A program made the position numbers and the translations under genes. A model generated the notes under the pieces. That model saw nothing but the letters and a program-made list of their open reading frames with translations. It was not told the origin of the DNA and made no database searches. This document shows, piece by piece, positions 1 through 9,400 of a DNA stretch of 35,504 bases (position 1 is its first letter; each line of letters starts with the position of its first letter). Where the stretch lies: NCBI GenBank assembly GCA_024280675.1, contig JAJRPT010000031.1, positions 1-35,504 of the forward strand, read 5' to 3'. The DNA is from Bacteroidota bacterium (GTDB taxonomy: Bacteria; Bacteroidota; Ignavibacteria; Kapaibacteriales; UBA2268).

Positions 1-221
1 CCGATGCCGAGCAAGAACTCCGAGTTCTTAATAAAGACAAGTCCAGCAGGATTGTTCTGCAATGTGGTTACATCGTCTGAAATGCCGTAATATGACAAGC
101 CAAGAGCAATTTGCCGTGGAGATTTCCCCGTATTTTGCGAGCCATATTTTGCACCATCTTCAATATATTGCGACAAAGCAATGGAGACAGATGCTAAAAA
201 TAGTATCAAAATTAATTTCAT
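1..221 (-). CDS. Partial CDS (N-terminal 73 aa, continues beyond window start): signal-peptide protein with a PorV/PorQ/FadL-like outer-membrane beta-barrel N-terminal motif
   Basis: Hand translation of the minus strand from ATG 221..219 gives MKLILILFLASVSIALSQYIEDGAKYGSQNTGKSPRQIALGLSYYGISDDVTTLQNNPAGLVFIKNSEFLLGIG. It has a hydrophobic signal peptide followed by an 'ALG..y.gisDD...l.NPAGL' pattern typical of PorV/PorQ-type barrels. It is absent from the ORF track because it runs off the window. Confidence 0.5.
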   Translation of the reverse strand, partial: MKLILILFLASVSIALSQYIEDGAKYGSQNTGKSPRQIALGLSYYGISDDVTTLQNNPAGLVFIKNSEFLLGI

Positions 222-245
222 TATAATTCCATTTATCCTAGAATA

Positions 246-1310
246 TTACCTGCGTCCGCCACCTGATCTTCGACTTCCGCCACCACTTGATCTTGAGCCA
301 GACGAACGTGATCCGCCACTTGACTTTCGCACACCTGAGCTGCGTGAACTTGAGCCACTTGACTTGCGTACACCTGAGCTGCGTGAACTTGAGCCACTTG
401 ACTTACGTACGCCTGAGCTGCGTGAACTTGAGCCACTTGACTTACGTACGCCTGAGCCGCGTGAACTTGAGCCACTTGACTTACGTACATCACTAGACTT
501 TGAAGAGCCACGTGTGTTTTTAGTTGTAGGTCTAACGGTTTTTGTGGTGTTTACAACTCTCGAGTTTGAATTTCTTGTGTTTACAACTCTCGAGTTTTTA
601 CTTGTGCTAGATCTTGAATTACCAACAGATTGAGTCTGACGAGAGGAACGTGGATTGTAGGCAACTCTCCTGGAGCTTCTAGGGTTTGTACTTCTATTTA
701 CCGCAGTTCTTGATGATCTCGCTACCCTTCTCCCCGAACGATTATAAGCATAATCTCCACGACCAGAGGAATAGTTGCGATAACGGTTTCTTGGGATGCT
801 TGTTCTGTAATAGGAATAGTATGGCTGATTATAATATCCACGGTAATGGTATCGGCCGTTGTGATTGTAATCATACCAAGAGTATCCATAATAAGGATGA
901 TAGCTATACCATGGAGAATACCAGTCGTAGTAATAATATCCGCCGTATTGGCCGTATTGGCCACCCCAGCCATATCTATTATACCAAGGAACTATAACAG
1001 GAACATAAGCGGTTTGTGTGTAATATGTTGTTTCCTCAACCACATACTCATTTTCGTCCTGCCCATCGTATCCTGCTTGAGTTTCGGCATCATCGCCTAG
1101 TGGGTTAATCCAATCGGAATCCTCTGAGCTATCTTGCCCAGTAGAATTATTTTTCTTTACAACTTTGGTGACCTTCACAGTCTTGCTCTTATTTGAGTAA
1201 CCGTAATGATTGTCGGCTGGTACGACTTTGGTACACGAAGACAGCGAGAGTGCCAAAGTGATTAAGCTAAGCAATATGTAATTTGACCCTTTCATAATTT
1301 CCCCACTCAT
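246..1310 (-). CDS. Lipoprotein with an extreme Tyr/Trp/Gly-rich core and an Arg/Ser-rich tandem-repeat C-terminus (unknown function)
   Basis: 354-aa ORF. The N-terminus MSGEIMKGSNYILLSLITLALSLSSC carries a lipobox (LSSC); an alternative start is M6 at 1295. The core reads ...YGWGGQYGQYGGYYYYDWYSPWYSYHPYYGYSWYDYNHNGRYHYRGYY.... The C-terminus has about 5 copies of SSGSSSRSSGVRK. The stop lies 24 nt upstream of the next minus-strand gene. Confidence 0.75.
   Translation of the reverse strand: MSGEIMKGSNYILLSLITLALSLSSCTKVVPADNHYGYSNKSKTVKVTKVVKKNNSTGQDSSEDSDWINPLGDDAETQAGYDGQDENEYVVEETTYYTQTAYVPVIVPWYNRYGWGGQYGQYGGYYYYDWYSPWYSYHPYYGYSWYDYNHNGRYHYRGYYNQPYYSYYRTSIPRNRYRNYSSGRGDYAYNRSGRRVARSSRTAVNRSTNPRSSRRVAYNPRSSRQTQSVGNSRSSTSKNSRVVNTRNSNSRVVNTTKTVRPTTKNTRGSSKSSDVRKSSGSSSRGSGVRKSSGSSSRSSGVRKSSGSSSRSSGVRKSSGSSSRSSGVRKSSGGSRSSGSRSSGGGSRRSGGGRR
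293..487. repeat. 39-bp in-frame tandem repeat: 4 near-perfect copies at 332, 371, 410 and 449, plus 1 degenerate copy
   Basis: The unit cacctgagctgcgtgaacttgagccacttgacttgcgta recurs at an exact 39-bp period with 1-3 substitutions. It encodes the 13-aa SSGSSSRSSGVRK repeat on the minus strand. Confidence 0.92.
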
Positions 1311-1369
1311 TTTAATTGAGATGTATTGTTTAAACCTTAGTGTCTACTTTTAACAACGAAACACTAATA

Positions 1370-2317
1370 TTATTGTTTCATAGCTTTATTATTTAATTTA
1401 CTTTTTGTCATTCTCGAGTCTGCCTTATCACCCAGCAATGACAAAAACTTATCTGGTGTCTTACTTTCAAATTTAACTTTTTTATTAGTAACTGGGTGTA
1501 GAAATTCCAGATAGTTTCCGTCGAGTGCAATTCGAGAGATGGGGTTTTGCCCTTTCCCATATTTTTTGTCACCCACAAGCGAATGCCCAATTTGTTGCAT
1601 CTGCACTCTGATTTGATTTTTCCGTCCAGTTTCCAGCTCCAGCTCAACTAGAGAATATCTTTTACTTCTTTTCAGAACCTTATAGTGTGTCACAGAATAT
1701 TTCCCACCATTATCCTCAAGACTTGAATACATTATCAATGCTGAGTTTTCTTTCAGATATGAGCGTATTGTTCCCTTATCTTTTTTGACTAAGCCATCTG
1801 CCACGGCAATGAATTTCCTTGTGCCATCATCTGAGTTGAGAATATCTTGGAGCTTTCGTTTAACTGAAGATGTTTTTGCAAGCACCATTAATCCAGAAAT
1901 CTCCCTATCAAGTCGGTTCACCACGTAAATTCTGCTCTTTGGGTCTTCGGACTGTACTTGCTCTTTTAAAATACTGAGCACAGTCTTTTTGGATTCGGAA
2001 AGAGATGCAACAGAAAGCAAACCAGCACGCTTATGCACAACAATAATGTATGGATCTTCATAGATAATATCGAGGCTTTTGTGAGAGAAATTCCTCTGAG
2101 TCCTTTCCCAATTAATAATCATCTCATCACCTTTTTTCAAGACGTGATTATACTGGCTCACTTGCTTGTAATTGACAGAGATCTGTTTGTTCGAGAGTAA
2201 TGACTTTATGGCAGTTCTTTTCTTTTGAGGAAACTCTGCTATTAGAAATTTCATCAGCTCACATTCTTTCTTAATTATGAAGGATGTTTGTTTTGTCTTA
2301 TTTTTTTGCTTGCTCAT
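1370..2317 (-). CDS. RluA-family pseudouridine synthase with N-terminal S4-like domain (RluD/RluC-like)
   Basis: 315 aa. The catalytic motif VNRLDREISGLMVLAKT matches HRLDxxTSG. The 'IIVVHKRAGLLS' and 'KNQIRVQM' motifs and the N-terminal S4-like region (LLSNKQISVN) are present. Confidence 0.85.
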   Translation of the reverse strand: MSKQKNKTKQTSFIIKKECELMKFLIAEFPQKKRTAIKSLLSNKQISVNYKQVSQYNHVLKKGDEMIINWERTQRNFSHKSLDIIYEDPYIIVVHKRAGLLSVASLSESKKTVLSILKEQVQSEDPKSRIYVVNRLDREISGLMVLAKTSSVKRKLQDILNSDDGTRKFIAVADGLVKKDKGTIRSYLKENSALIMYSSLEDNGGKYSVTHYKVLKRSKRYSLVELELETGRKNQIRVQMQQIGHSLVGDKKYGKGQNPISRIALDGNYLEFLHPVTNKKVKFESKTPDKFLSLLGDKADSRMTKSKLNNKAMKQ

Positions 2318-2370
2318 TATATTATCTTAAATATCTGCTTTAATACTTGCTTGATTTTTACAAAATAAAC

Positions 2371-3111
2371 TTATCTGATGGCTTCCCATTCTTTGGATGC
2401 CGAACGGCCGGCAAACATTACGGCAAGCGAATTGACAAACCAGCGAAGCATGGTGCGGAAATAACCTTGCTTGTGGAATCGTCTGGGGGATTCGTAAATC
2501 ACAATGTCGGAGGCAAAGGCAACAGTGCCTCTTTTTGCAATTCTTCTGAAGAGATCAAAATCTTCACCTGCTACAATATTTGGATTATACCCATTTTCCT
2601 CTTCAAATATTTTCCTGCAAATCAACTGGCACTCCCCCCTCCCCATCCCAATTCCTATCTTGTTTAGAAATGCAAAATAACTATTAAAAAATTTATAAAA
2701 ATATTTATCATTCCATTTTTCTTCATCTGGGAAAGGCAGGACCGAACAAGCAATGGCATCTTTTCCACCATACTTCCCGCCACCCTTTGCCCAATCACTT
2801 ACTTGCTCAAGAAACCCCCTCATGTTCTTTGGTAAAGCGTCGGCATTGATGAACACACAATAATCACTTGACCCACTGGAGGCACCCATATTTCTCCCTT
2901 CGGCAATAGTTTGCCTTCGTTCTTGGGTGTGCGTGTAAATCTTATCTGCAAGAGGCTTTGCAATTTCTACAGTTTTATCGGAACTTCCTCCGTCTGAAAG
3001 AATTATCTCATAATCAAACTCATCTCGGTATTTTACAAATTCTGAGAGAATGCTCTCTATTCTTTTTTCTTCAAGAAGAGCTGGGATTATTATGCTAAAT
3101 TTCTTTTTCAA
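2371..3111 (-). CDS. Family 2 glycosyltransferase (small, soluble type)
   Basis: 246 aa. The N-terminus FSIIIPALLEEKRIESIL...EIILSDGGSSDKTVEIA...FINADALP has the typical GT2 layout (IIP..NE, DxxSxD, xxD). Confidence 0.8.
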   Translation of the reverse strand: MKKKFSIIIPALLEEKRIESILSEFVKYRDEFDYEIILSDGGSSDKTVEIAKPLADKIYTHTQERRQTIAEGRNMGASSGSSDYCVFINADALPKNMRGFLEQVSDWAKGGGKYGGKDAIACSVLPFPDEEKWNDKYFYKFFNSYFAFLNKIGIGMGRGECQLICRKIFEEENGYNPNIVAGEDFDLFRRIAKRGTVAFASDIVIYESPRRFHKQGYFRTMLRWFVNSLAVMFAGRSASKEWEAIR

Positions 3112-3125
3112 TTCTTCAATAATAA

Positions 3126-4160
3126 TTAATTAAGCGGAAATGGATACAAAAGATAAAAACGAGTTTTGCCATTTATTTCAAATTCTACAGCGGGTGAAGG
3201 CAATTTAACATAATCAAGTGTTTGAGCAAGCCAATTTAGCAAAGGATAATCTGTTTTCCCAATAAGTTGCTTTAAATTATAGTCAAGTGCTAGGATTATT
3301 CTTGGGCTACCGTATAATTTGTAATCGACAATTCCTTTGTACTCACGGTTAGAGTAGCCTTTGGGTGCTGGTTCGTCACTCAGGTTTCTGGTGGCATATC
3401 CGAGCGAAAGCTCCAGCCATGAGGGCCAATAATCTTGAATGGCGGGTAACATATTGTAGATATTAAATGAAAGCCAATAGGTCTGAGATGAATAATCGTC
3501 AATCGCAAATATGGCTCCCTTGCGTTCTAGTTCCCCGTGCCAAGGTGCTGGAATGTAAACAAATTTTGGTGTTATATTTTGCAAATATGGGAAATAATAA
3601 TGACTTAAATAAAATATTGAGCCTGCAACATTATAATAAAAGTCACCAGGACTAAATCCAAAATTGTCTCCAAACCCGTCCATTAGCTCAATATATGTCA
3701 AGTAGGCAAAGCCCATTGCAGCACCACCGAAGTAGGCATCATCATAATCAAAATCGGCGGCTAGCAAAGATTCAGCAAAGAGGTATGAAGAAAAATAACT
3801 GGCATAGAAATGCCCAATCTTATCCGACCAAAGAGCGTATCCACCGTCTTCGAGGAATTTAAAACTAGACTTATTTTTCCAGATTGTTTTTGATTGAATT
3901 ATATGTTGCCCAGCAATCAATGTTCCCACCGAAGCCGCAACTATAGATGTCCTAAGCCATGGGTTTCTAGTTTCCAAAGGCGGTAGACCACCCGTAATCC
4001 TTGTCCTTGGGCTATTGGCTATCATAAAATCATGGCTTGACATTCTTTCCACACTGTCTTTTGCAACCAACTGAACTGCTCCTAATTCATTAATATTTAA
4101 AGCAATAGAAACAATGAGAAATATCTTTATAATTTGGCTTGATAATTGATGCGACATCAC
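3126..4160 (-). CDS. Secreted/periplasmic protein of unknown function, possibly DUF2279-like
   Basis: 344 aa with a signal-like N-terminus (IIKIFLIVSIALNINELGAV). The motif FKFLEDGGYALWSDKIGHFYASYFSSYLF resembles the DK.gH core I associate with DUF2279. The family assignment is from memory only. Confidence 0.55.
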   Translation of the reverse strand: MMSHQLSSQIIKIFLIVSIALNINELGAVQLVAKDSVERMSSHDFMIANSPRTRITGGLPPLETRNPWLRTSIVAASVGTLIAGQHIIQSKTIWKNKSSFKFLEDGGYALWSDKIGHFYASYFSSYLFAESLLAADFDYDDAYFGGAAMGFAYLTYIELMDGFGDNFGFSPGDFYYNVAGSIFYLSHYYFPYLQNITPKFVYIPAPWHGELERKGAIFAIDDYSSQTYWLSFNIYNMLPAIQDYWPSWLELSLGYATRNLSDEPAPKGYSNREYKGIVDYKLYGSPRIILALDYNLKQLIGKTDYPLLNWLAQTLDYVKLPSPAVEFEINGKTRFYLLYPFPLN

Positions 4161-4190
4161 TAGGGTAGATTCCAGTTACAAAATATAATT

Positions 4191-4961
4191 ATGGAAGAAT
4201 TAGCACAATTAATAGTAAAATACAGGCATAAACTGAATCGTAGCATTGAGACCGTATCAACCGATACAAAGATACGGAAATATATTATTGAATCTATTGA
4301 AAATGCTGAGTTTGAAAAACTACCTGCGGTCTATGGTCTGTCATTTCTGAAAAGCTATATCAAATATTTGGGCATCCCAGAACCAGAGTACACAGAATTA
4401 TTATCGGAGTACAAAGAATCACTCAATATTGCCAAAACAGATTATTCTCCTCAAAAATTCAGATCTTACGAGGGATTGCAAGCAAATGAAATAAATCTCT
4501 TTGGTATTAATTTCAAAGCTAAGTGGCAACTATATTTGCTATTTTCGGCAGTCGGAACGATTGTCTTGCTCATAATTTATTTCACATTATTTTTTCCTAG
4601 CGATAATAAAAAAATTGAGACCGTACCCAATTTGCCCACCAGCGACAAAAGTATTGTCGTGTCTGTCGATGACATTGAAATTGCAGAAACTATTCAAGAC
4701 AGCATAACTCTTGAGGCATTTGCCATTGACACGGTTTGGCTTAAGGTAGAAATTGACGGCAACAGAGTCGAAGAAGTTCTTCTTGTTCCGAACGAAAAGG
4801 TCAAATGGAAAGCAAAGGAATATTTCCTGGTTCACCAAGGTAATGTTGGAGGTCTCGAATTAAAGCGAAACGGAAAAGTCCTCGAACCATTTGGCTCACG
4901 TGGTTCTGTTGTGAAAAATGTTAGAATTATGCGCGATAAAATTATTAATCCAAATAGATAA
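4191..4961 (+). CDS. RodZ-like protein: N-terminal HTH, one TM helix, C-terminal DUF4115-like domain
   Basis: 256 aa. The HTH-like N-terminus reads LNRSIETVSTDTKIRKYIIESIENAEFEKLPAVYGLSFLKSYIKYLGI and the TM helix is WQLYLLFSAVGTIVLLIIYFTLFF. The C-terminus WLKVEIDGNRVEEVLL...GNVGGLELKRNG matches the RodZ C-terminal pattern. Confidence 0.7.
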   Translation: MEELAQLIVKYRHKLNRSIETVSTDTKIRKYIIESIENAEFEKLPAVYGLSFLKSYIKYLGIPEPEYTELLSEYKESLNIAKTDYSPQKFRSYEGLQANEINLFGINFKAKWQLYLLFSAVGTIVLLIIYFTLFFPSDNKKIETVPNLPTSDKSIVVSVDDIEIAETIQDSITLEAFAIDTVWLKVEIDGNRVEEVLLVPNEKVKWKAKEYFLVHQGNVGGLELKRNGKVLEPFGSRGSVVKNVRIMRDKIINPNR

Positions 4962-5927
4962 TCATCTGGCTGTATTTCCAAGAATGTCATGTATTCTCAA
5001 TATTCCTACAAATTTAGCATCTTTATCATGCACGGCTAGGACACTGATTTGCGATTTCCTTGTTTCCATAACACTAAGAGCTTCTCCAAGCATCACCGAA
5101 TCACTAACAGAAACTGGATTCTTTGTCATAATATCACCTGCTACAAGATTGTCAATATTTTCATACTCTTCCAATGCACGGCGGATGTCGCCATCGGTAA
5201 TCATACCCATAATCCGGTGTGCAGAATCCAGAACGCAAGCACAACCTAGACCTTTTTGAGATATTGTAATTATAGTCTGTCTAAATGTTGCATTATTTTC
5301 CACAAGAGGCAATTCATCTCCCCTTCTCATCACATCACTTACGCTCAGATTTGCAATTCTTCCCAACTGACCACCAGGATGGTTGTAGGCAAAATCCCTT
5401 GGACGAAGTTGCCGGCTTTGTGCCATGGCAACCGACAAAGCGTCACCAAGTGCCAGTGCCGATGTAGTTGAGGCAGTTGGTGCTAGGTCAAATGGGCATG
5501 CCTCTTTTTCAACTTCGGCAATCAGCGCGATGTCTGAGGCTTGGGCCAAGGCTGAGTTGCTCTTTCCAATAATTCCTATCAAGAAAGCATTTCTTTTCCG
5601 AAGAAAAGGCAATAAATTTAAAATCTCTAGTGTAGTTCCACTTTTTGAAAGAAAAATAATAGTGGCATTTTCTGCAACAATTCCCATATCCCCATGAAGT
5701 GCTTCCACAGAATCCAGAAACGTTGCCCCAAAGCCATAAGATGCCATGGTTGCGGCAATCTTTTTGGCAATATAGCCAGATTTCCCAACACCAGTTAATA
5801 TGATTTGTTCCCTTGAGAGCAATTCTTTTATTGCCAAATCAAAATCATTGTCAAGATTTGAGATTAGCAGTTCCAGAGCATTTATCTCAGTACGAATTGT
5901 ATTTTTAGCAGAGTCTATTGTATTCAT
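4962..5927 (-). CDS. kdsD: KpsF/GutQ-family arabinose-5-phosphate isomerase (SIS domain plus tandem CBS)
   Basis: 321 aa. The SIS motif is ILTGVGKSGYIAKKIAATMASYG and the C-terminal CBS pair includes VMRRGDELPLV... and IMTKNPVSV...LAVHDKDAKFVGILRIHDIL. The gene converges on the rodZ-like gene with no gap. Confidence 0.85.
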   Translation of the reverse strand: MNTIDSAKNTIRTEINALELLISNLDNDFDLAIKELLSREQIILTGVGKSGYIAKKIAATMASYGFGATFLDSVEALHGDMGIVAENATIIFLSKSGTTLEILNLLPFLRKRNAFLIGIIGKSNSALAQASDIALIAEVEKEACPFDLAPTASTTSALALGDALSVAMAQSRQLRPRDFAYNHPGGQLGRIANLSVSDVMRRGDELPLVENNATFRQTIITISQKGLGCACVLDSAHRIMGMITDGDIRRALEEYENIDNLVAGDIMTKNPVSVSDSVMLGEALSVMETRKSQISVLAVHDKDAKFVGILRIHDILGNTAR

Positions 5928-6000
5928 GTTCCAAATATACGGCTTAGGGATGGATAATAAACATTCTATTTTCCAAGTGAGGCATCTCCATTATTTCAGT

Positions 6001-6342
6001 CTAAGGCCACAAGAGCTGCTTTCCACCAATCAAATGAATATGAATGTGGTAAACAGATTGCCCGCCCTCTTGGTTGCAATTAATAATTAGCCTATATCCA
6101 CTTTCTGCAATCCCTTCATTTTTTGCAATGCTAGAAGCCATGCGTATCATTTTCCCCATCAATTTATCGTGAGACTCATCCAAATCATTTGCCGTTGGAA
6201 TTTCTATTTTTGGAATTATTAGAATATGAACTGGTGCTTGTGGGTTCACGTCTTTGAATGCTAAAATCTCATCATCTTCCCAAACTATTTCAGCCGGTAT
6301 TTCTTTTGCTATTATTTTAGAAAATATTGTACTCATTTTCAT
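6001..6342 (-). CDS. HIT-family (histidine triad) nucleotide hydrolase
   Basis: The HIT motif is VYHIHIHLIGG. The sequence FSKIIAKEIPAEIVWEDDEILAFKDVNPQAPVHILIIPK is typical of Hint proteins. I place the start at M16 (6342) or M18 (6336, preceded by AAGGAAA). The longer ORF to 6387 would overlap the terminator hairpin of the upstream gene. Confidence 0.85.
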   Translation of the reverse strand: MKMSTIFSKIIAKEIPAEIVWEDDEILAFKDVNPQAPVHILIIPKIEIPTANDLDESHDKLMGKMIRMASSIAKNEGIAESGYRLIINCNQEGGQSVYHIHIHLIGGKQLLWP

Positions 6343-6369
6343 TTCCTTTTTTCGTGATAAAAAATAAAC

Positions 6370-6410
6370 AAAAAAACCCTGACCCACAATATAAAGTGAT
6401 GGGTCAGGGG
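6370..6410 (-). terminator. Rho-independent terminator following the 1627-aa gene
   Basis: On the minus strand, CCCTGACCCA (6409..6400) pairs perfectly with TGGGTCAGGG (6386..6377), a 10-bp GC-rich stem with a 13-nt loop. A run of 7 T follows (6376..6370). Confidence 0.75.
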
Positions 6411-6454
6411 ATTTTGTATTAAGACATCTTCTTAATTATGAAAAAGTTTGCACT

Positions 6455-9400
6455 TTATTTCACAAGTGAGAATTTGCCAGTTGCAACTTCACCTGATGCA
6501 CTAACACGGAAGAAATAAGTACCATTTGATACCTTTGCATCACCCTCGTTAGTACCGTTCCAAGTGAGTCCTTCTGATGTAAGACCTTCAACAAGTTCGT
6601 CATCATAGATAGTCTTAACGAGGTTGCCCATCATATCAAGAATTTCAATAGTGACATTTGTTCTGTCTGGATTTCTTACACCGAAGTTAATAGCATCGTT
6701 GTCTGAACCAGATATTACAAAGGCTGATAAGGCATTAGTTTCGGCTGCAATCTCAACTATTCCAGATGCTTCACAGTTGTGAGACCCGTCTATAGAGACT
6801 TGGCGCAGGCGGTATACAAAAGCAGAGTTCACATCAGCATCCATATCAGTCCAGTTATACTCGGTAGTACCTGAGACGGTATTGTTAGGAGAAGGTACAA
6901 AAGTTAGCTTGTCGTAAGATTCGTCATTTTCTGTTTTCAAACGTCTCTCGACATAAAATCCAGAATTTTCGTTTTCTTTGCCAAGAGTTTCCCAGTAAAG
7001 ATCAACCATAGAAGCTCTACGTTCTCCATCAAAATATCCAAATTCCAGAGGAACGAAGCATTCTTCAAAATCTTCTGCTGTTCCTTCTCTTTTCTCACCA
7101 AAATAAGGACGGATAAGTGGAATCCAGAAACCACGAGACAAAGTATTGGTTTTGTTGTCTATAGGAGATTGTCCAATGTGGTGAAGTGCAGCATAAGCTG
7201 GGTTGCCTTCATTTGGCATGAACATTTGCCAAGCATTAGAACCTTTAGAGTTTTCTTTTGAGAATAAGTTATTGTTGAGTAGTCTTTCGTTATTCCGAAT
7301 TCTAAACTCTTTCTGAAGAGCAAGGTGAACACCGGCTACACCAATTGGGTTAGGTAGTTGGATATGAACATGAGTTGTTCTCATACCACCACGTCTTTTG
7401 GTAGCTCCCAGTTCAAGTCCATCTATCCCATCTTGTGAGATTACCATCCAGTAAGTATCAGGCTGTAGTACAACAGGATTGTCAAGGCGATAATCAACAT
7501 ATTCGTTATAGAAACGATCTCCAGTATCATAATCGACACCACGTTGAGCGTCAAGTGAAGCATCTTCGATAATGCTATTTCCATCAGGATTATTCTCTCC
7601 ACCTCTGAATATTCTAAATTCAATATGGTCAGGAGATGAGTTCAGAGAAGCAAAATATGCACGGTAACCTTTTATAGTGTCAGCCGATTGAAGTACAAAC
7701 TTCATTGCAATCGACCCCGAGCCGTTTCCACCCTCTACGCCGGCACCATGAAGGCGGGCTTGGTAACCAGCACCAGATCCACTTGGTCCACCATAAGCAT
7801 AACCAAATAAGTTAAGTCCACCGTTAGTGATATCAATTTCCTCAGGTACATCATTTGCTGGATTATCAACATCATCATAGGCAAATGAATCACCAAATTC
7901 GATTTCAAACTCAGTATAAGTAGTGTCGTTCAGAGGATTAAGGTCTGAGTCATCAGGTACAGATACGATAGCTTCTAATTTGTAGCTACCAGCACCCGCA
8001 TCTTGGGCATTAAAGCCAGGCATAAACATGTTCTTTTGTATTCTTGGGTTGTGAACTGAAACAACGGAGGTTCTACAGTAAATAGTCCCAGCACCATTTT
8101 TGCCATATCCATCTTCTCCTATATCGTCAGGTGATTGACCAGTTTTAAACTTTCCACGTTTGTAGATATTTAGCTTCACCGTATAGGCGGGTGCAATCGT
8201 GCTAGTATTATTTGTGAGTTGTACTTGAATTGGGATGTTAGTAGCTTGAGTTGCAGGCACTTGTGTATAAGGCCAAACAGCTCTCACACTTGAAATCTCA
8301 ATATCGGTAGCCTCGATACTTTCCGGGATTATTTCAATATTATCGACAAAGAAGTCATCTGAGTCATCAGGAATAGAAGGAGCAGGCTTTTGGTCGTTAT
8401 GAGCCATAACCTTAATTCTAAACCTAAAGTTTTCAGCAGTAGCATAAGGATTAGTAATAAATGTATCAGGAATTGCCACAAAGAATTTGCGGTATTCAAG
8501 ATCTACTCCATCATCGTATCTATCGGGGCGAAGGCCATTTCTAACAGTTGTGGTATTCATTGTCATTGCAGAATCTTTATCCTCTTCTAGGAAACCAACT
8601 CTGTATCCACCAGCACCGTATAGACCAAATGCAGGCATACCTTTTTCGATAGGAGCATCGGAACCGGCACGTCTGTTATGCCATCTCCATCTTGCATTGT
8701 CTATGTTTGCTACATGATATAGAACTTGATCAGATACACCAACCCAAGGGTTAGCTATCTCAACAACGATTTCATCTGGGCGATAGGACGCAGCGTTAGA
8801 GTTGTTATTATACTGAACAAGTTGGCTATTGTTGTACTGGACACGTGGCTCAGGACCAATTAACGAACCGTTCGACCAACCACGCTCCCAATTATCATTA
8901 TATTGAACACGTTGAATCGAAAACGACAATACAGAATTATACTGTTCTCTCATGTCAATAGGGAAGGAACGAAGCTCATCACCACCAGGGCTTGTAGCAG
9001 GTTCTGTTCCAGCTAGTGTCATTCTATTCATTTTAATTACAGGAGATTCAACAGAGTATGCTTGCAATAATAGAATATAGGTTTGATTCCAATTCTCTTC
9101 ATAAGAAGGACCATACACTCCACGAGGTGGCACAGGGTGAGCCGAAACTTCGTTGCCTGAAACAACTTCTGCGTCAATATTTACCCATTTCAGAACAGAA
9201 GGCATAAGCACACCATCAACTAAATGGAACTCAGTCACATCGTCTCTGAAACCTTCCAATCTTTTCATCACAAAAAGAGGCACAGATGCGGTATCATCAA
9301 AAGGCCATTGGTCGCCGATACCCAGTGGTTCTCCATCAGGGTCTTGTGGAACGGCTGTAATATAGGCTTGAAGTCTACCTATGTGTCCATTAATAAATGG

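Noticed and set aside
181-633. Plus-strand 150-aa ORF (and the 233..511 minus and 287..496 plus ORFs) with a striking PELRELEPLDLRT repeat
   Set aside because: These are alternative-frame shadows of the 39-bp tandem repeat. Only the 246..1310 minus frame has a signal peptide/lipobox, runs continuously for 354 aa, and fits the operon spacing.
1337-1367. 7-bp inverted repeat TTAGTGT/ACACTAA between the pseudouridine synthase and lipoprotein genes
   Set aside because: It is AT-rich with a 17-nt loop and no following U-tract on the minus strand, so it is not a convincing terminator. It could equally be chance.
6343-6387. 15-codon N-terminal extension of the HIT ORF (MGQGFFVYFLSRKKE)
   Set aside because: It overlaps the stem of the upstream gene's terminator. 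HIT homologues start near MSTIFSKII, and an AAGGAAA sits just before the internal ATGs.
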